Below, one piece after another: positions 24,491-36,959 of a stretch of DNA of 64,000 nt. The stretch's first letter is position 1. Every line of letters begins with the position of its first letter. Source of the DNA: Eledone cirrhosa (lineage: Eukaryota); assembly GCA_964016885.1 (NCBI GenBank), contig OZ024743.1, positions 24,676,001 to 24,740,000 on the forward strand, read 5' to 3'. The notes below the pieces were generated by a model, which had not been told where the DNA came from, did not search any database, and was given only the letters and a program-made list of their open reading frames with translations. The position numbers and the translations under genes are program-made.

Positions 24491-27400
24491 ACCTTGTTTG
24501 CTGTAGTTAACTGTGCTGACAGTTGGTTCTGTCCCTCCTCAGTCATCCCAACCTTGTTTGCTGTAGTTAACTGTGCTGACAGTTGGTTCTGTCCCTCCTC
24601 AGTCATCCCAACCTTGTTTGCTGTAGTTAACTGTGCTGACAGTTGGTTCTGTCCTTCCTCAGTCATCCCAACCTTGTTTGCTGTAGTTAACTGTGCTGAC
24701 AGTTGGTTCTGTCCCTCCTCAGTCGTCCCAACCTTGTTTGCTGTAGTTAACTGTGCTGACAGTTGGTTCTCTCGCTCCTCAGTCATCTCAACCTTGTTTG
24801 CTGTAGTTAACTGTGCTGACAGTTGGTTCTGTCCCTCCTCAGTCATCTCAACCTTGTTTGCTGTAGTTAACAGTGCTGACAGTTGGTTCTGTCCCTCCTC
24901 AGTCGTCCCAATCTAGTTTGATGTAGTTAACTGTGCGGACAGTTTGTTCTGTCCCTCCTCAGCCATCCCAACCTTGTTTGCTGTAGTTAACTGTGCTGAC
25001 AGTTGGTTCTGTCCCTCCTCAATCATCTCAACCTTGTTTGCTGTAGTTAACAGTGCTGACAGTTGGTTCTGTCCCTTCTCAGTCGTCCCAACCTAGTTTG
25101 ATGTAGTTAACTGTGCGGACAGTTTGTTCTGTCCCTCCTCAGCCATCCCAACCTTGTTTGCTGTAGTTAACTGGGCTGACAGTTGGTTATGTCCCTCCTC
25201 AGTCATCCCAACCTTGTTTGCTGTAGTTAACTGTGCTGACAGTTTGTTCTCTCCCTCCTCAGTCATCCCAACCTTGTTTGCTGTAGTTAACTGGGCTGAC
25301 AGTTGGTTCTGTCCCTCCTCAGTCATCCCAACCTTGTTTGCTATAGTTAACGGTGCTGACAGTTGGTTCTGTCCCTCCTCAGTCATCCCAACCTTGTTTG
25401 CTGTAGTTAACTGTGCTGACAGTTGGTTCTGTCCTTCCTCGGTCATCCCAAGCCTTGTTTGCTGTATTCAACAGTGCTGACAGTTGGTTCTGTCCCTCCT
25501 CAGTCATCCCAACCTTGCTTGCTGTAGTTAACAGTGCTGACAGTTGGTTCTGTCCTTCCTGAGTCATCCCAAACCTTGTTTGCTGTAGTTAACTGTGCTG
25601 ACAGTTGGTTCTGTGCCTCCTCAGTCGTCTCAACCTTGTTTGCTGTAGTTAACTGTGCTGACAGTTTGTTCTGTCCCTCCTCAGTCATCTCAACCTTGTT
25701 TGCTGTAGATAACTGGGCTGACAGTTGGTTCTGTCCCTCCTCAGTCATCCCAACCTTGTTTGCTGTAGTTAACTGTGCTGACAGTTTGTTCTGTCCCTCC
25801 TCAGTCATCTCAACCTTGTTTGCTGTAGTTAACTGGGCTGACAGTTGGTTCTGTCCTTCCTCAGTCATCCCAAACCTTGTTTGCTGTAGTTAACTGTGCT
25901 GACAGTTGGTTCTGTGCCTCCTCAGTCGTCTCAACCTTGTTTGCTGTAGTTAACTGTGCTGACAGTTTGTTCTGTCCCTCCTCAGTCATCCCAACCTTGT
26001 TTGCTGTAGTTAACTGGGCTGACAGTTGGTTCTGTCCCTCCTCAGTCATCCCAACCTTGTTTGCTGTAGTTAACAGTGCTGACAGTTGGTTCTGTCCTTC
26101 CTCAGTCATCCCAAACCTTGTTTGCTGTAATTAACTGTGCTGACAGTTGGTTCTGTGCCTCCTCAGTCGTCTCAACCTTGTTTGCTGTAGTTAACTGTGC
26201 TGACAGTTGGTTCTGTCCCTCCTCAGTCATCCCAACCTTGTTTGCTGTAGTTAACTGTGCTGACAGTTGGTTCTGTCCCTCCTCAGTTGTCCCAACCATG
26301 TTTGCTGTAGTTAACTGTGCTGACAGTTGGTTCTGTCCCTCCTCAGTCATCTCAACCTTGTTTGCTGTAGTTAACTGTGCTGACAGTTGGTTCTGTCCCT
26401 CCTCAGTCATCTCAACCTTGTTTGCTGTAGTTAACAGTGCTGACAGTTGGTTCTGTCCCTCCTCAGTCGTCCCAACCTAGTTTGATGCAGTTAACTGTGC
26501 GGACAGTTTGTTCTGTCCCTCCTCAGCCATCCCAACCTTGTTTGCTGTAGTTAACTGGGCTGACAGTTGGTTCTGTCCCTCCTCAGTCATCCCAACCTTG
26601 TTTGCTGTAGTTAACAGTGCTGACAGTTGGTTCTGTCCTTCCTGAGTCATCCCAAACCTTGTTTGCTGTAGTTAACTGTGCTGACAGTTGGTTCTGTGCC
26701 TCCTCAGTCGTCTCAACCTTGTTTGCTGTAGTTAACTGTGCTGACAGTTGGTTCTGTCCCTCCTCAGTCATCCCAAACTTGTTTGCTGTAGTTAACTGTG
26801 CTGACAGTTGGTTCTGTCCCTCCTCAGTCATCCCAACCTTGTTTGCTGTAGTTAACTGTGCTGACAGTTGGTTCTGTCCTTCCTCAGTCATCCCAACCTT
26901 GTTTGCTGTAGTTAACTGTGCTGACAGTTGGTTCTGTCCCTCCTCAGTCGTCCCAACCTTGTTTGCTGTAGTTAACTGTGCTGACAGTTGGTTCTCTCGC
27001 TCCTCAGTCATCTCAACCTTGTTTGCTGTAGTTAACTGTGCTGACAGTTGGTTCTGTCCCTCCTCAGTCATCTCAACCTTGTTTGCTGTAGTTAACAGTG
27101 CTGACAGTTGGTTCTGTCCCTCCTCAGTCGTCCCAATCTAGTTTGATGTAGTTAACTGTGCGGACAGTTTGTTCTGTCCCTCCTCAGCCATCCCAACCTT
27201 GTTTGCTGTAGTTAACTGTGCTGACAGTTGGTTCTGTCCCTCCTCAATCATCTCAACCTTGTTTGCTGTAGTTAACAGTGCTGACAGTTGGTTCTGTCCC
27301 TTCTCAGTCGTCCCAACCTAGTTTGATGTAGTTAACTGTGCGGACAGTTTGTTCTGTCCCTCCTCAGCCATCCCAACCTTGTTTGCTGTAGTTAACTGGG

Positions 27401-27750
27401 CTGACAGTTGGTTCTGTCCCTCCTCAGTCATCCCAACCTTGTTTGCTGTAGTTAACTGTGCTGACAGTTTGTTCTCTCCCTCCTCAGTCATCCCAACCTT
27501 GTTTGCTGTAGTTAACTGGGCTGACAGTTGGTTCTGTCCCTCCTCAGTCATCCCAACCTTGTTTGCTATAGTTAACGGTGCTGACAGTTGGTTCTGTCCC
27601 TCCTCAGTCATCCCAACCTTGTTTGCTGTAGTTAACTGTGCTGACAGTTGGTTCTGTCCTTCCTCGGTCATCCCAAGCCTTGTTTGCTGTATTCAACAGT
27701 GCTGACAGTTGGTTCTGTCCCTCCTCAGTCATCCCAACCTTGCTTGCTGT
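23290..27750. repeat. Tandem duplication, unit 2225 bp (37 monomers + 5)
   Basis: ORF pairs 23275/25500, 23636/25861, 24358/26583 and 25093/27318. CTCGCTC, CAATCTAG, CTATAG..AACGGT, GTATTCAAC and TTGCTTG are shared. Confidence 0.92.
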
Positions 27751-27829
27751 AGTTAACTGTGCTGACAGTTGGTTCTGTCACTCCTCAGTCATCCCAACCT
27801 TGTTTGCTGTAGTTAACTGTGCTGACAGT

Positions 27830-30800
27830 TGGTTCTGTCCTTCCTCAGTCATCCCAAACCTTGTTTGCTGTAGTTAACTGTGCTGACAGTTGGTTCTGTG
27901 CCTCCTCAGTCATCCCAACCTTGTTTGCTGTAGTTAACTGTGCTGAGAGTTGGTTCTGTCCGTCCTCAGTCATCCCAACCTTGTTTGCTGTAGTTAACTG
28001 GGCTGACAGTTGGTTCTGTCCCTCCTCAGTCATCCCAACCTTGTTTGCTGTAGTTAACTGTGCTGACAGTTTGTTCTGTCCCTCCTCAGTCATCCCAACC
28101 TTGTTTGCTGTAGTTAACTGGGCTGACAGTTGGTTCTGTCCCTCCTCAGTCATCCCAACCTTGTTTGCTGTAGTTAACTGTGCTGACAGTTGGTACTGTC
28201 CCTCCTCAGTCGTCCCAACCTTGTTTGCTGTAGTTAACAGTGCTGACAGTTGGTTCTGTCCCTCCTCAGTCGTCCCAACCTAGTTTGATGCAGTTAACTG
28301 TGCGGACAGTTTGTTCTGTCCCTCCTCAGCCATCCCAACCTTGTTTGCTGTAGTTAACAGTGCTGACAGTTGGTTCTGTCCTTCCTGAGTCATCCCAAAC
28401 CTTGTTTGCTGTAGTTAACTGTGCTGACAGTTGGTTCTGTCCCTCCTCAGTCGTCCCAACCTTGTTTGCTGTAGTTAACTGTGCTGACAGTTGGTTCTCT
28501 CCCTCCTCAGTCATCTCAACCTTGTTTGCTGTAGTTAACTGTGCTGACAGTTGGTTCTGTCCCTCCTCAGTCATCTCAACCTTGTTTGCTGTAGTTAACA
28601 GTGCTGACAGTTGGTTCTGTCCCTCCTCAGTCGTCCCAACCTAGTTTGATGTAGTTAACTGTGCGGACAGTTTGTTCTGTCCCTCCTCAGCCATCCCAAC
28701 CTTGTTTGCTGTAGTTAACTGGGCTGACAGTTGGTTCTGTCCCTCCTCAGTCATCCCAACCTTGTTTGCTGTAGTTAACTGTGCTGACAGTTTGTTCTGT
28801 CCCTCCTCAGTCATCCCAACCTTGTTTGCTGTAGTTAACTGGGCTGACAGTTGGTTCTGTCCCTCCTCAGTCATCCCAACCTTGTTTGCTGTAGTTAACA
28901 GTGCTGACAGTTGGTTCTGTCCCTCCTCAGTCATCCCAACCTTGTTTGCTGTAGTTAACAGTGCTGACAGTTGGTTCTGTCCCTCCTCAGTCATCCCAAC
29001 CTTGTTTGCTGTAGTTAACTGTGCTGACAGTTGGTTCTGTCCCTCCTCAGTCATCCCAACCTTGTTTGCTGTAGTTAACAGTGCTGACAGTTGGTTCTGT
29101 CCCTCCTCAGTCATCCCAACCTTGTTTGCTGTAGTTAACAGTGCTGACAGTTGGTTCTGTCCGTCCTCAGTCATCCCAACCTTGTTTGCTGTAGTTAACT
29201 GTGCTGACAGTTGGTTCTGTCCCTCCTCAGTCATCCCAACCTTGTTTGCTGTAGTTAACAGTGCTGACAGTTGGTTCTGTCCCTCCTCAGTCATCCCAAC
29301 CTTGTTTGCTGTAGTTAACTGTGCTGACAGTTGGTTCTGTCCCTCCTCAGTCATCCCAACCTTGTTTGCTGTAGTTAACAGTGCTGACAGTTGGTTCTGT
29401 CCCTCCTCAGTCATCTCAACCTTGTTTGCTGTAGTTAACTGTGCTGACAGTTGGTTCTGTGCCTCCTCAGTCGTCTCAACCTTGTTTGCTGTAGTTAACT
29501 GTGCTGACAGTTGGTTCTGTCCCTCCTCAGTCATCTCAACCTTGTTTGCTGTAGTTAACTGGGCTGACAGTTGGTTCTGTCCCTCCTCAGTCATCTCAAC
29601 CTTGTTTGCTGTAGTTAACTGGGCTGACAGTTGGTTCTGTCCCTCCTCAGTCATCTCAACCTTGTTTGCTGTAGTTAACTGTGCTGACAGTTGGTTCTGT
29701 CCCTCCTCAGTCATCCCAACCTTGTTTGCTGTAGTTAACTGTGCTGACAGTTTGTTCTGTCCCTCCTCAGTCATCCCAACCTTGTTTGCTGTAGTTAACT
29801 GGGCTGATAGTTGGTTCTGTCCCTCCTCAGTCATCCCAACCTTGTTTGCTGTAGTTAACAGTGCTGACAGTTGGTTCTGTCCTTCCTCAGTCATCCCAAA
29901 CCTTGTTTGCTGTAATTAACTGTGCTGACAGTTGGTTCTGTGCCTCCTCAGTCGTCTCAACCTTGTTTGCTGTAGTTAACTGTGCTGACAGTTGGTTCTG
30001 TCCCTCCTCAGTCATCCCAACCTTGTTTGCTGTAGTTAACTGTGCTGACAGTTGGTTCTGTCCCTCCTCAGTTGTCCCAACCATGTTTGCTGTAGTTAAC
30101 TGTGCTGACAGTTGGTTCTGTCCCTCCTCAGTCATCTCAACCTTGTTTGCTGTAGTTAACTGTGCTGACAGTTGGTTCTGTCCCTCCTCAGTCATCTCAA
30201 CCTTGTTTGCTGTAGTTAACAGTGCTGACAGTTGGTTCTGTCCTTCCTCAGTCATCCCAAACCTTGTTTGCTGTAGTTAACTGTGCTGACAGTTGGTTCT
30301 GTGCCTCCTCAGTCATCCCAACCTTGTTTGCTGTAGTTAACTGTGCTGAGAGTTGGTTCTGTCCGTCCTCAGTCATCCCAACCTTGTTTGCTGTAGTTAA
30401 CTGGGCTGACAGTTGGTTCTGTCCCTCCTCAGTCATCCCAACCTTGTTTGCTGTAGTTAACTGTGCTGACAGTTTGTTCTGTCCCTCCTCAGTCATCCCA
30501 ACCTTGTTTGCTGTAGTTAACTGGGCTGACAGTTGGTTCTGTCCCTCCTCAGTCATCCCAACCTTGTTTGCTGTAGTTAACTGTGCTGACAGTTGGTACT
30601 GTCCCTCCTCAGTCGTCCCAACCTTGTTTGCTGTAGTTAACAGTGCTGACAGTTGGTTCTGTCCCTCCTCAGTCGTCCCAACCTAGTTTGATGCAGTTAA
30701 CTGTGCGGACAGTTTGTTCTGTCCCTCCTCAGCCATCCCAACCTTGTTTGCTGTAGTTAACAGTGCTGACAGTTGGTTCTGTCCTTCCTGAGTCATCCCA

Positions 30801-32450
30801 AACATTGTTTGCTGTAGTTAACTGTGCTGACAGTTGGTTCTGTCCCTCCTCAGTCGTCCCAACCTTGTTTGCTGTAGTTAACTGTGCTGACAGTTGGTTC
30901 TCTCCCTCCTCAGTCATCTCAACCTTGTTTGCTGTAGTTAACTGTGCTGACAGTTGGTTCTGTCCCTCCTCAGTCATCTCAACCTTGTTTGCTGTAGTTA
31001 ACAGTGCTGACAGTTGGTTCTGTCCCTCCTCAGTCGTCCCAACCTAGTTTGATGTAGTTAACTGTGCGGACAGTTTGTTCTGTCCCTCCTCAGCCATCCC
31101 AACCTTGTTTGCTGTAGTTAACTGGGCTGACAGTTGGTTCTTTCCCTCCTCAGTCATCCCAACCTTGTTTGCTGTAGTTAACTGTGCTGACAGTTTGTTC
31201 TGTCCCTCCTCAGTCATCCCAACCTTGTTTGCTGTAGTTAACTGGGCTGACAGTTGGTTCTGTCCCTCCTCAGTCATCCCAACCTTGTTTGCTGTAGTTA
31301 ACAGTGCTGACAGTTGGTTCTGTCCCTCCTCAGTCATCCCAACCTTGTTTGCTGTAGTTAACAGTGCTGACAGTTGGTTCTGTCCCTCCTCAGTCATCCC
31401 AACCTTGTTTGCTGTAGTTAACTGTGCTGACAGTTGGTTCTGTCCCTCCTCAGTCATCCCAACCTTGTTTGCTGTAGTTAACAGTGCTGACAGTTGGTTC
31501 TGTCCCTCCTCAGTCATCCCAACCTTGTTTGCTGTAGTTAACTGTGCTGACAGTTGGTTCTGTCCCTCCTCAGTCATCCCAACCTTGTTTGCTGTAGTTA
31601 ACAGTGCTGACAGTTGGTTCTGTCCCTCCTCAGTCATCTCAACCTTGTTTGCTGTAGTTAACTGTGCTGACAGTTGGTTCTGTGCCTCCTCAGTCGTCTC
31701 AACCTTGTTTGCTGTAGTTAACTGTGCTGACAGTTGGTTCTGTCCCTCCTCAGTCATCTCAACCTTGTTTGCTGTAGTTAACTGGGCTGACAGTTGGTTC
31801 TGTCCCTCCTCAGTCATCTCAACCTTGTTTGCTGTAGTTAACTGGGCTGACAGTTGGTTCTGTCCCTCCTCAGTCATCTCAACCTTGTTTGCTGTAGTTA
31901 ACTGTGCTGACAGTTGGTTCTGTCCCTCCTCAGTCATCCCAACCTTGTTTGCTGTAGTTAACTGTGCTGACAGTTTGTTCTGTCCCTCCTCAGTCATCCC
32001 AACCTTGTTTGCTGTAGTTAACTGGGCTGACAGTTGGTTCTGTCCCTCCTCAGTCATCCCAACCTTGTTTGCTGTAGTTAACAGTGCTGACAATTGGTTC
32101 TGTCCTTCCTCAGTCATCCCAAACCTTGTTTGCTGTAATTAACTGTGCTGACAGTTGGTTCTGTGCCTCCTCAGTCGTCTCAACCTTGTTTGCTGTAGTT
32201 AACTGTGCTGATAGTTGGTTCTGTCCCTCCTCAGTCATCCCAACCTTGTTTGCTGTAGTTAACTGTGCTGACAGTTGGTTCTGTCCCTCCTCAGTTGTCC
32301 CAACCATGTTTGCTGTAGTTAACTGTGCTGACAGTTGGTTCTGTCCCTCCTCAGTCATCTCAACCTTGTTTGCTGTAGTTAACTGTGCTGACAGTTGGTT
32401 CTGTCCCTCCTCAGTCATCTCAACCTTGTTTGCTGTAGTTAACAGTGCTG
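27830..32450. repeat. Tandem duplication, unit 2403 bp (40 monomers + 3); second copy three monomers shorter
   Basis: ORF pairs 27819/30222, 28326/30729 and 28641/31044 differ by 2403, then 29861/32084 differ by 2223. GGTACTG is shared. Confidence 0.88.
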
Positions 32451-33899
32451 ACAGTTGGTTCTGTCCCTCCTCAGTCGTACCAACCTAGTTTGATGCAGTT
32501 AACTGTGCGGACAGTTTGTTCTGTCCCTCCTCAGCCATCCCAACCTTGTTTGCTGTAGTTAACTGGGCTGACAGTTGGTTCTGTCCCTCCTCAGTCATCC
32601 CAACCTTGTTTGCTGTAGTTAACAGTGCTGACAGTTGGTTCTGTCCTTCCTGAGTCATCCCAAACCTTGTTTGCTGTAGTTAACTGTGCTGACAGTTGGT
32701 TCTGTGCCTCCTCAGTCGTCTCAACCTTGTTTGCTGTAGTTAACTGTGCTGACAGTTTGTTCTGTCCCTCCTCAGTCATCTCAACCTTGTTTGCTGTAGT
32801 TAACTGGGCTGACAGTTGGTTCTGTCCCTCCTCAGTCATCCCAACCTTGTTTGCTGTAGTTAACCGTGCTGACAGTTTGTTCTGTCCCTCCTCAGTCATC
32901 TCAACCTTGTTTGCTGTAGTTAACTGGGCTGACAGTTGGTTCTGTCCTTCCTCAGTCATCCCAAACCTTGTTTGCTGTAGTTAACTGTGCTGACAGTTGG
33001 TTCTGTGCCTCCTCAGTCGTCTCAACCTTGTTTGCTGTAGTTAACTGTGCTGACAGTTTGTTCTGTCCCTCCTCAGTCATCCCAACCTTGTTTGCTGTAG
33101 TTAACTGTGCTGACAGTTGGTTCTGTCCCTCCTCAGTCATCCCAACCTTGTTTGCTGTAGTTAACAGTGCTGACAGTTGGTTCTGTCCTTCCTCAGTCAT
33201 CCCAAACCTTGTTTGCTGTAATTAACTGTGCTGACAGTTGGTTCTGTGCCTCCTCAGTCGTCTCAACCTTGTTTGCTGTAGTTAACTGTGCTGACAGTTG
33301 GTTCTGTCCCTCCTCAGTCATCCCAACCTTGTTTGCTGTAGTTAACTGTGCTGACAGTTGGTTCTGTCCCTCCTCAGTTGTCCCAACCATGTTTGCTGTA
33401 GTTAACTGTGCTGACAGTTGGTTCTGTCCCTCCTCAGTCATCTCAACCTTGTTTGCTGTAGTTAACTGTGCTGACAGTTGGTTCTGTCCCTCCTCAGTCA
33501 TCTCAACCTTGTTTGCTGTAGTTAACAGTGCTGACAGTTGGTTCTGTCCCTCCTCAGTCGTCCCAACCTAGTTTGATGCAGTTAACTGTGCGGACAGTTT
33601 GTTCTGTCCCTCCTCAGCCATCCCAACCTTGTTTGCTGTAGTTAACTGGGCTGACAGTTGGTTCTGTCCCTCCTCAGTCATCCCAACCTTGTTTGCTGTA
33701 GTTAACAGTGCTGACAGTTGGTTCTGTCCTTCCTGAGTCATCCCAACCTTGTTTGCTGTAGTTAACTGTGCTGACAGTTGGTTCTGTCCCTCCTCAGTCA
33801 TCCCAACCTTGTTTGCTGTAGTTAACTGTGCTGACAGTTGGTTCTGACCATCCTCAGTCATCCCAAGCTTGTTTGCTGTAGTTAACTGTGCTGACAGTT

Positions 33900-36200
33900 G
33901 GTTCTGTCCCTCCTCAGTCGTCCCAACCTTGTTTGCTGTAGTTAACTGTGCTGACAGTTGGTTCTCTCTCTCCTCAGTCATCTCAACCTTGTTTGCTGTA
34001 GTTAACTGTGCTGACAGTTGGTTCTGTCCCTCCTCAGTCATCTCAACCTTGTTTGCTGTAGTTAACAGTGCTGACAGTTGGTTCTGTCCCTCCTCAGTTG
34101 TCCCAACCTAGTTTGATGTAGTTAACTGTGCGGACAGTTTGTTCTGTCCCTCCTCAGCCATCCCAACCTTGTTTGCTGTAGTTAACTGTGCTGACAGTTG
34201 GTTCTGTCCCTCCTCAATCATCTCAACCTTGTTTGCTGTAGTTAACAGTGCTGACAGTTGGTTCTGTCCCTTCTCAGTCGTCCCAACCTAGTTTGATGTA
34301 GTTAACTGTGCGGACAGTTTGTTCTGTCCCTCCTCAGCCATCCCAACCTTGTTTGCTGTAGTTAACTGGGCTGACAGTTGGTTCTGTCCCTCCTCAGTCA
34401 TCCCAACCTTGTTTGCTGTAGTTAACTGTGCTGACAGTTTGTTCTCTCCCTCCTCAGTCATCCCAACCTTGTTTGCTGTAGTTAACTGGGCTGACAGTTG
34501 GTTCTGTCCCTCCTCAGTCATCCCAACCTTGTTTGCTATAGTTAACGGTGCTGACAGTTGGTTCTGTCCCTCCTCAGTCATCCCAACCTTGTTTGCTGTA
34601 GTTAACTGTGCTGACAGTTGGTTCTGTCCTTCCTCGGTCATCCCAAGCCTTGTTTGCTGTATTCAACAGTGCTGACAGTTGGTTCTGTCCCTCCTCAGTC
34701 ATCCCAACCTTGCTTGCTGTAGTTAACTGTGCTGACAGTTGGTTCTGTCACTCCTCAGTCATCCCAACCTTGTTTGCTGTAGTTAACTGTGCTGACAGTT
34801 GGTTCTGTCCTTCCTCAGTCATCCCAAACCTTGTTTGCTGTAGTTAACTGTGCTGACAGTTGGTTCTGTGCCTCCTCAGTCATCCCAACCTTGTTTGCTG
34901 TAGTTAACTGTGCTGAGAGATGGTTCTGTCCGTCCTCAGTCATCCCAACCTTGTTTGCTGTAGTTAACTGGGCTGACAGTTGGTTCTGTCCCTCCTCAGT
35001 CATCCCAACCTTGTTTGCTGTAGTTAACTGTGCTGACAGTTTGTTCTGTCCCTCCTCAGTCATCCCAACCTTGTTTGCTGTAGTTAACTGGGCTGACAGT
35101 TGGTTCTCTCCCTCCTCAGTCATCCCAACCTTGTTTGCTGTAGTTAACTGTGCTGACAGTTGGTTCTGTCCCTCCTCAGTCGTCCCAACCTTGTTTGCTG
35201 TAGTTAACTGTGCTGACAGTTGGTTCTCTCCCTCCTCAGTCATCTCAACCTTGTTTGCTGTAGTTAACTGTGCTGACAGTTGGTTCTGTCCCTCCTCAGT
35301 CATCTCAACCTTGTTTGCTGTAGTTAACAGTGCTGACAGTTGGTTCTGTCCCTCCTCAGTCGTCCCAACCTAGTTTGATGTAGTTAACTGTGCGGACAGT
35401 TTGTTCTGTCCCTCCTCAGCCATCCCAACCTTGTTTGCTGTAGTTAACTGTGCTGACAGTTGGTTCTGTCCCTCCTCAGTCATCTCAACCTTGTTTGCTG
35501 TAGTTAACAGTGCTGACAGTTGGTTCTGTCCCTTCTCAGTCGTCCCAACCTAGTTTGATGTAGTTAACTGTGCGGACAGTTTGTTCTGTCCCTCCTCAGC
35601 CATCCCAACCTTGTTTGCTGTAGTTAACTGTGCTGACAGTTTGTTCTCTCCCTCCTCAGTCATCCCAACCTTGTTTGCTGTAGTTAACTGGGCTGACAGT
35701 TGGTTCTGTCCCTCCTCAGTCATCCCAACCTTGTTTGCTGTAGTTAACGGTGCTGACAGTTGGTTCTGTCCCTCCTCAGTCATCCCAACCTTGTTTGCTG
35801 TAGTTAACTGTGCTGACAGTTGGTTCTGTCCTTCCTCGGTCATCCCAAGCCTTGTTTGCTGTATTCAACAGTGCTGACAGTTGGTTCTGTCCCTCCTCAG
35901 TCATCCCAACCTTGTTTGCTGTAGTTAACTGTGCTGACAGTTGGTTCTGTCACTCCTCAGTCATCCCAACCTTGTTTGCTGTAGTTAACTGTGCTGACAG
36001 TTGGTTCTGTCCTTCCTCAGTCATCCCAAACCTTGTTTGCTGTAGTTAACTGTGCTGACAGTTGGTTCTGTGCCTCCTCAGTCATCCCAACCTTGTTTGC
36101 TGTAGTTAACTGTGCTGAGAGTTGGTTCTGTCCGTCCTCAGTCATCCCAACCTTGTTTGCTGTAGTTAACTGGGCTGACAGTTGGTTCTGTCCCTCCTCA
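33900..36200. repeat. Tandem duplication, offset 1262 then 1202 bp (21/20 monomers + 2)
   Basis: ORF pairs 34288/35550, 34608/35810 and 34789/35991. CCCTTCTC, AACGGT and CTCGGTC..CAAGCC..GTATTC are shared. Confidence 0.8.
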
Positions 36201-36959
36201 GTCATCCCAACCTTGTTTGCTGTAGTTAACTGGGCTGACAGTTGGTTCTGTCCCTCCTCAGTCATCCCAACCTTGTTTGCTGTAGTTAACTGTGCTGACA
36301 GTTGGTTCTGTCCCTCCTCAGTCATCCCAACCTTGTTTGCTGTAGTTAACTGTGCTGACAGTTTGTTCTGTCCCTCCTGAGTCATCTCAACCTTGTTTGC
36401 TGTAGTTAACTGGGCTGACAGTTGGTTCTGTCCTTCCTCAGTCATCCCAACCTTGTTTGCTGTAGTTAACTGTGCTGACAGTTTGTTCTGTCCCTCCTCA
36501 GTCATCTCAACCTTGTTTGCTGTAGTTAACTGGGCTGACAGTTGGTTCTGTCCCTCCTCAGTCATCCCAACCTTGTTTGCTGTAGTTAACTGTGCTGACA
36601 GTTGGTTCTGTCCCTCCTCAGTCATCCCAACCTTGTTTGCTGTAGTTAACTGTGCTGAGAGTTGGTTCTGTCCCTCCTCAGTCATCCCAACCTTGTTTGC
36701 TGTAGTTAACTGGGCTGACAGTTGGTTCTGTCTCTCCTCAGTTATCCCAACCTTGTTTGCTGTAGTTAACTGTGCTGACAGTTTGTTCTGTCCCTCCTCA
36801 GTCATCCCAACCTTGTTTGCTGTAGTTAACTGGGCTGACAGTTGGTTCTGTCCCTCCTCAGTCATCCCAACCTTGTTTGCCATAGTTAACTGTGCTGACA
36901 GTTGGTTCTGTCCCTCCTCAGTCATCCCAACCTTGTTTGCTGTAGTTAACTGTGCTGAC

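Larger units (their letters stand above)
11281..36000. repeat. Satellite subfamily domain B (variant-rich, many 61-bp monomers)
   Basis: Diagnostic variants: AACAGT, TGTGCCTC+GTCGTCTC, TCTCCC, GTAATTAAC, CCATGT, CCTGAGTC, CCAAGC, and the CTAG-TGAT-GCGG-GCC monomer (last seen ~35550). Confidence 0.8.
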
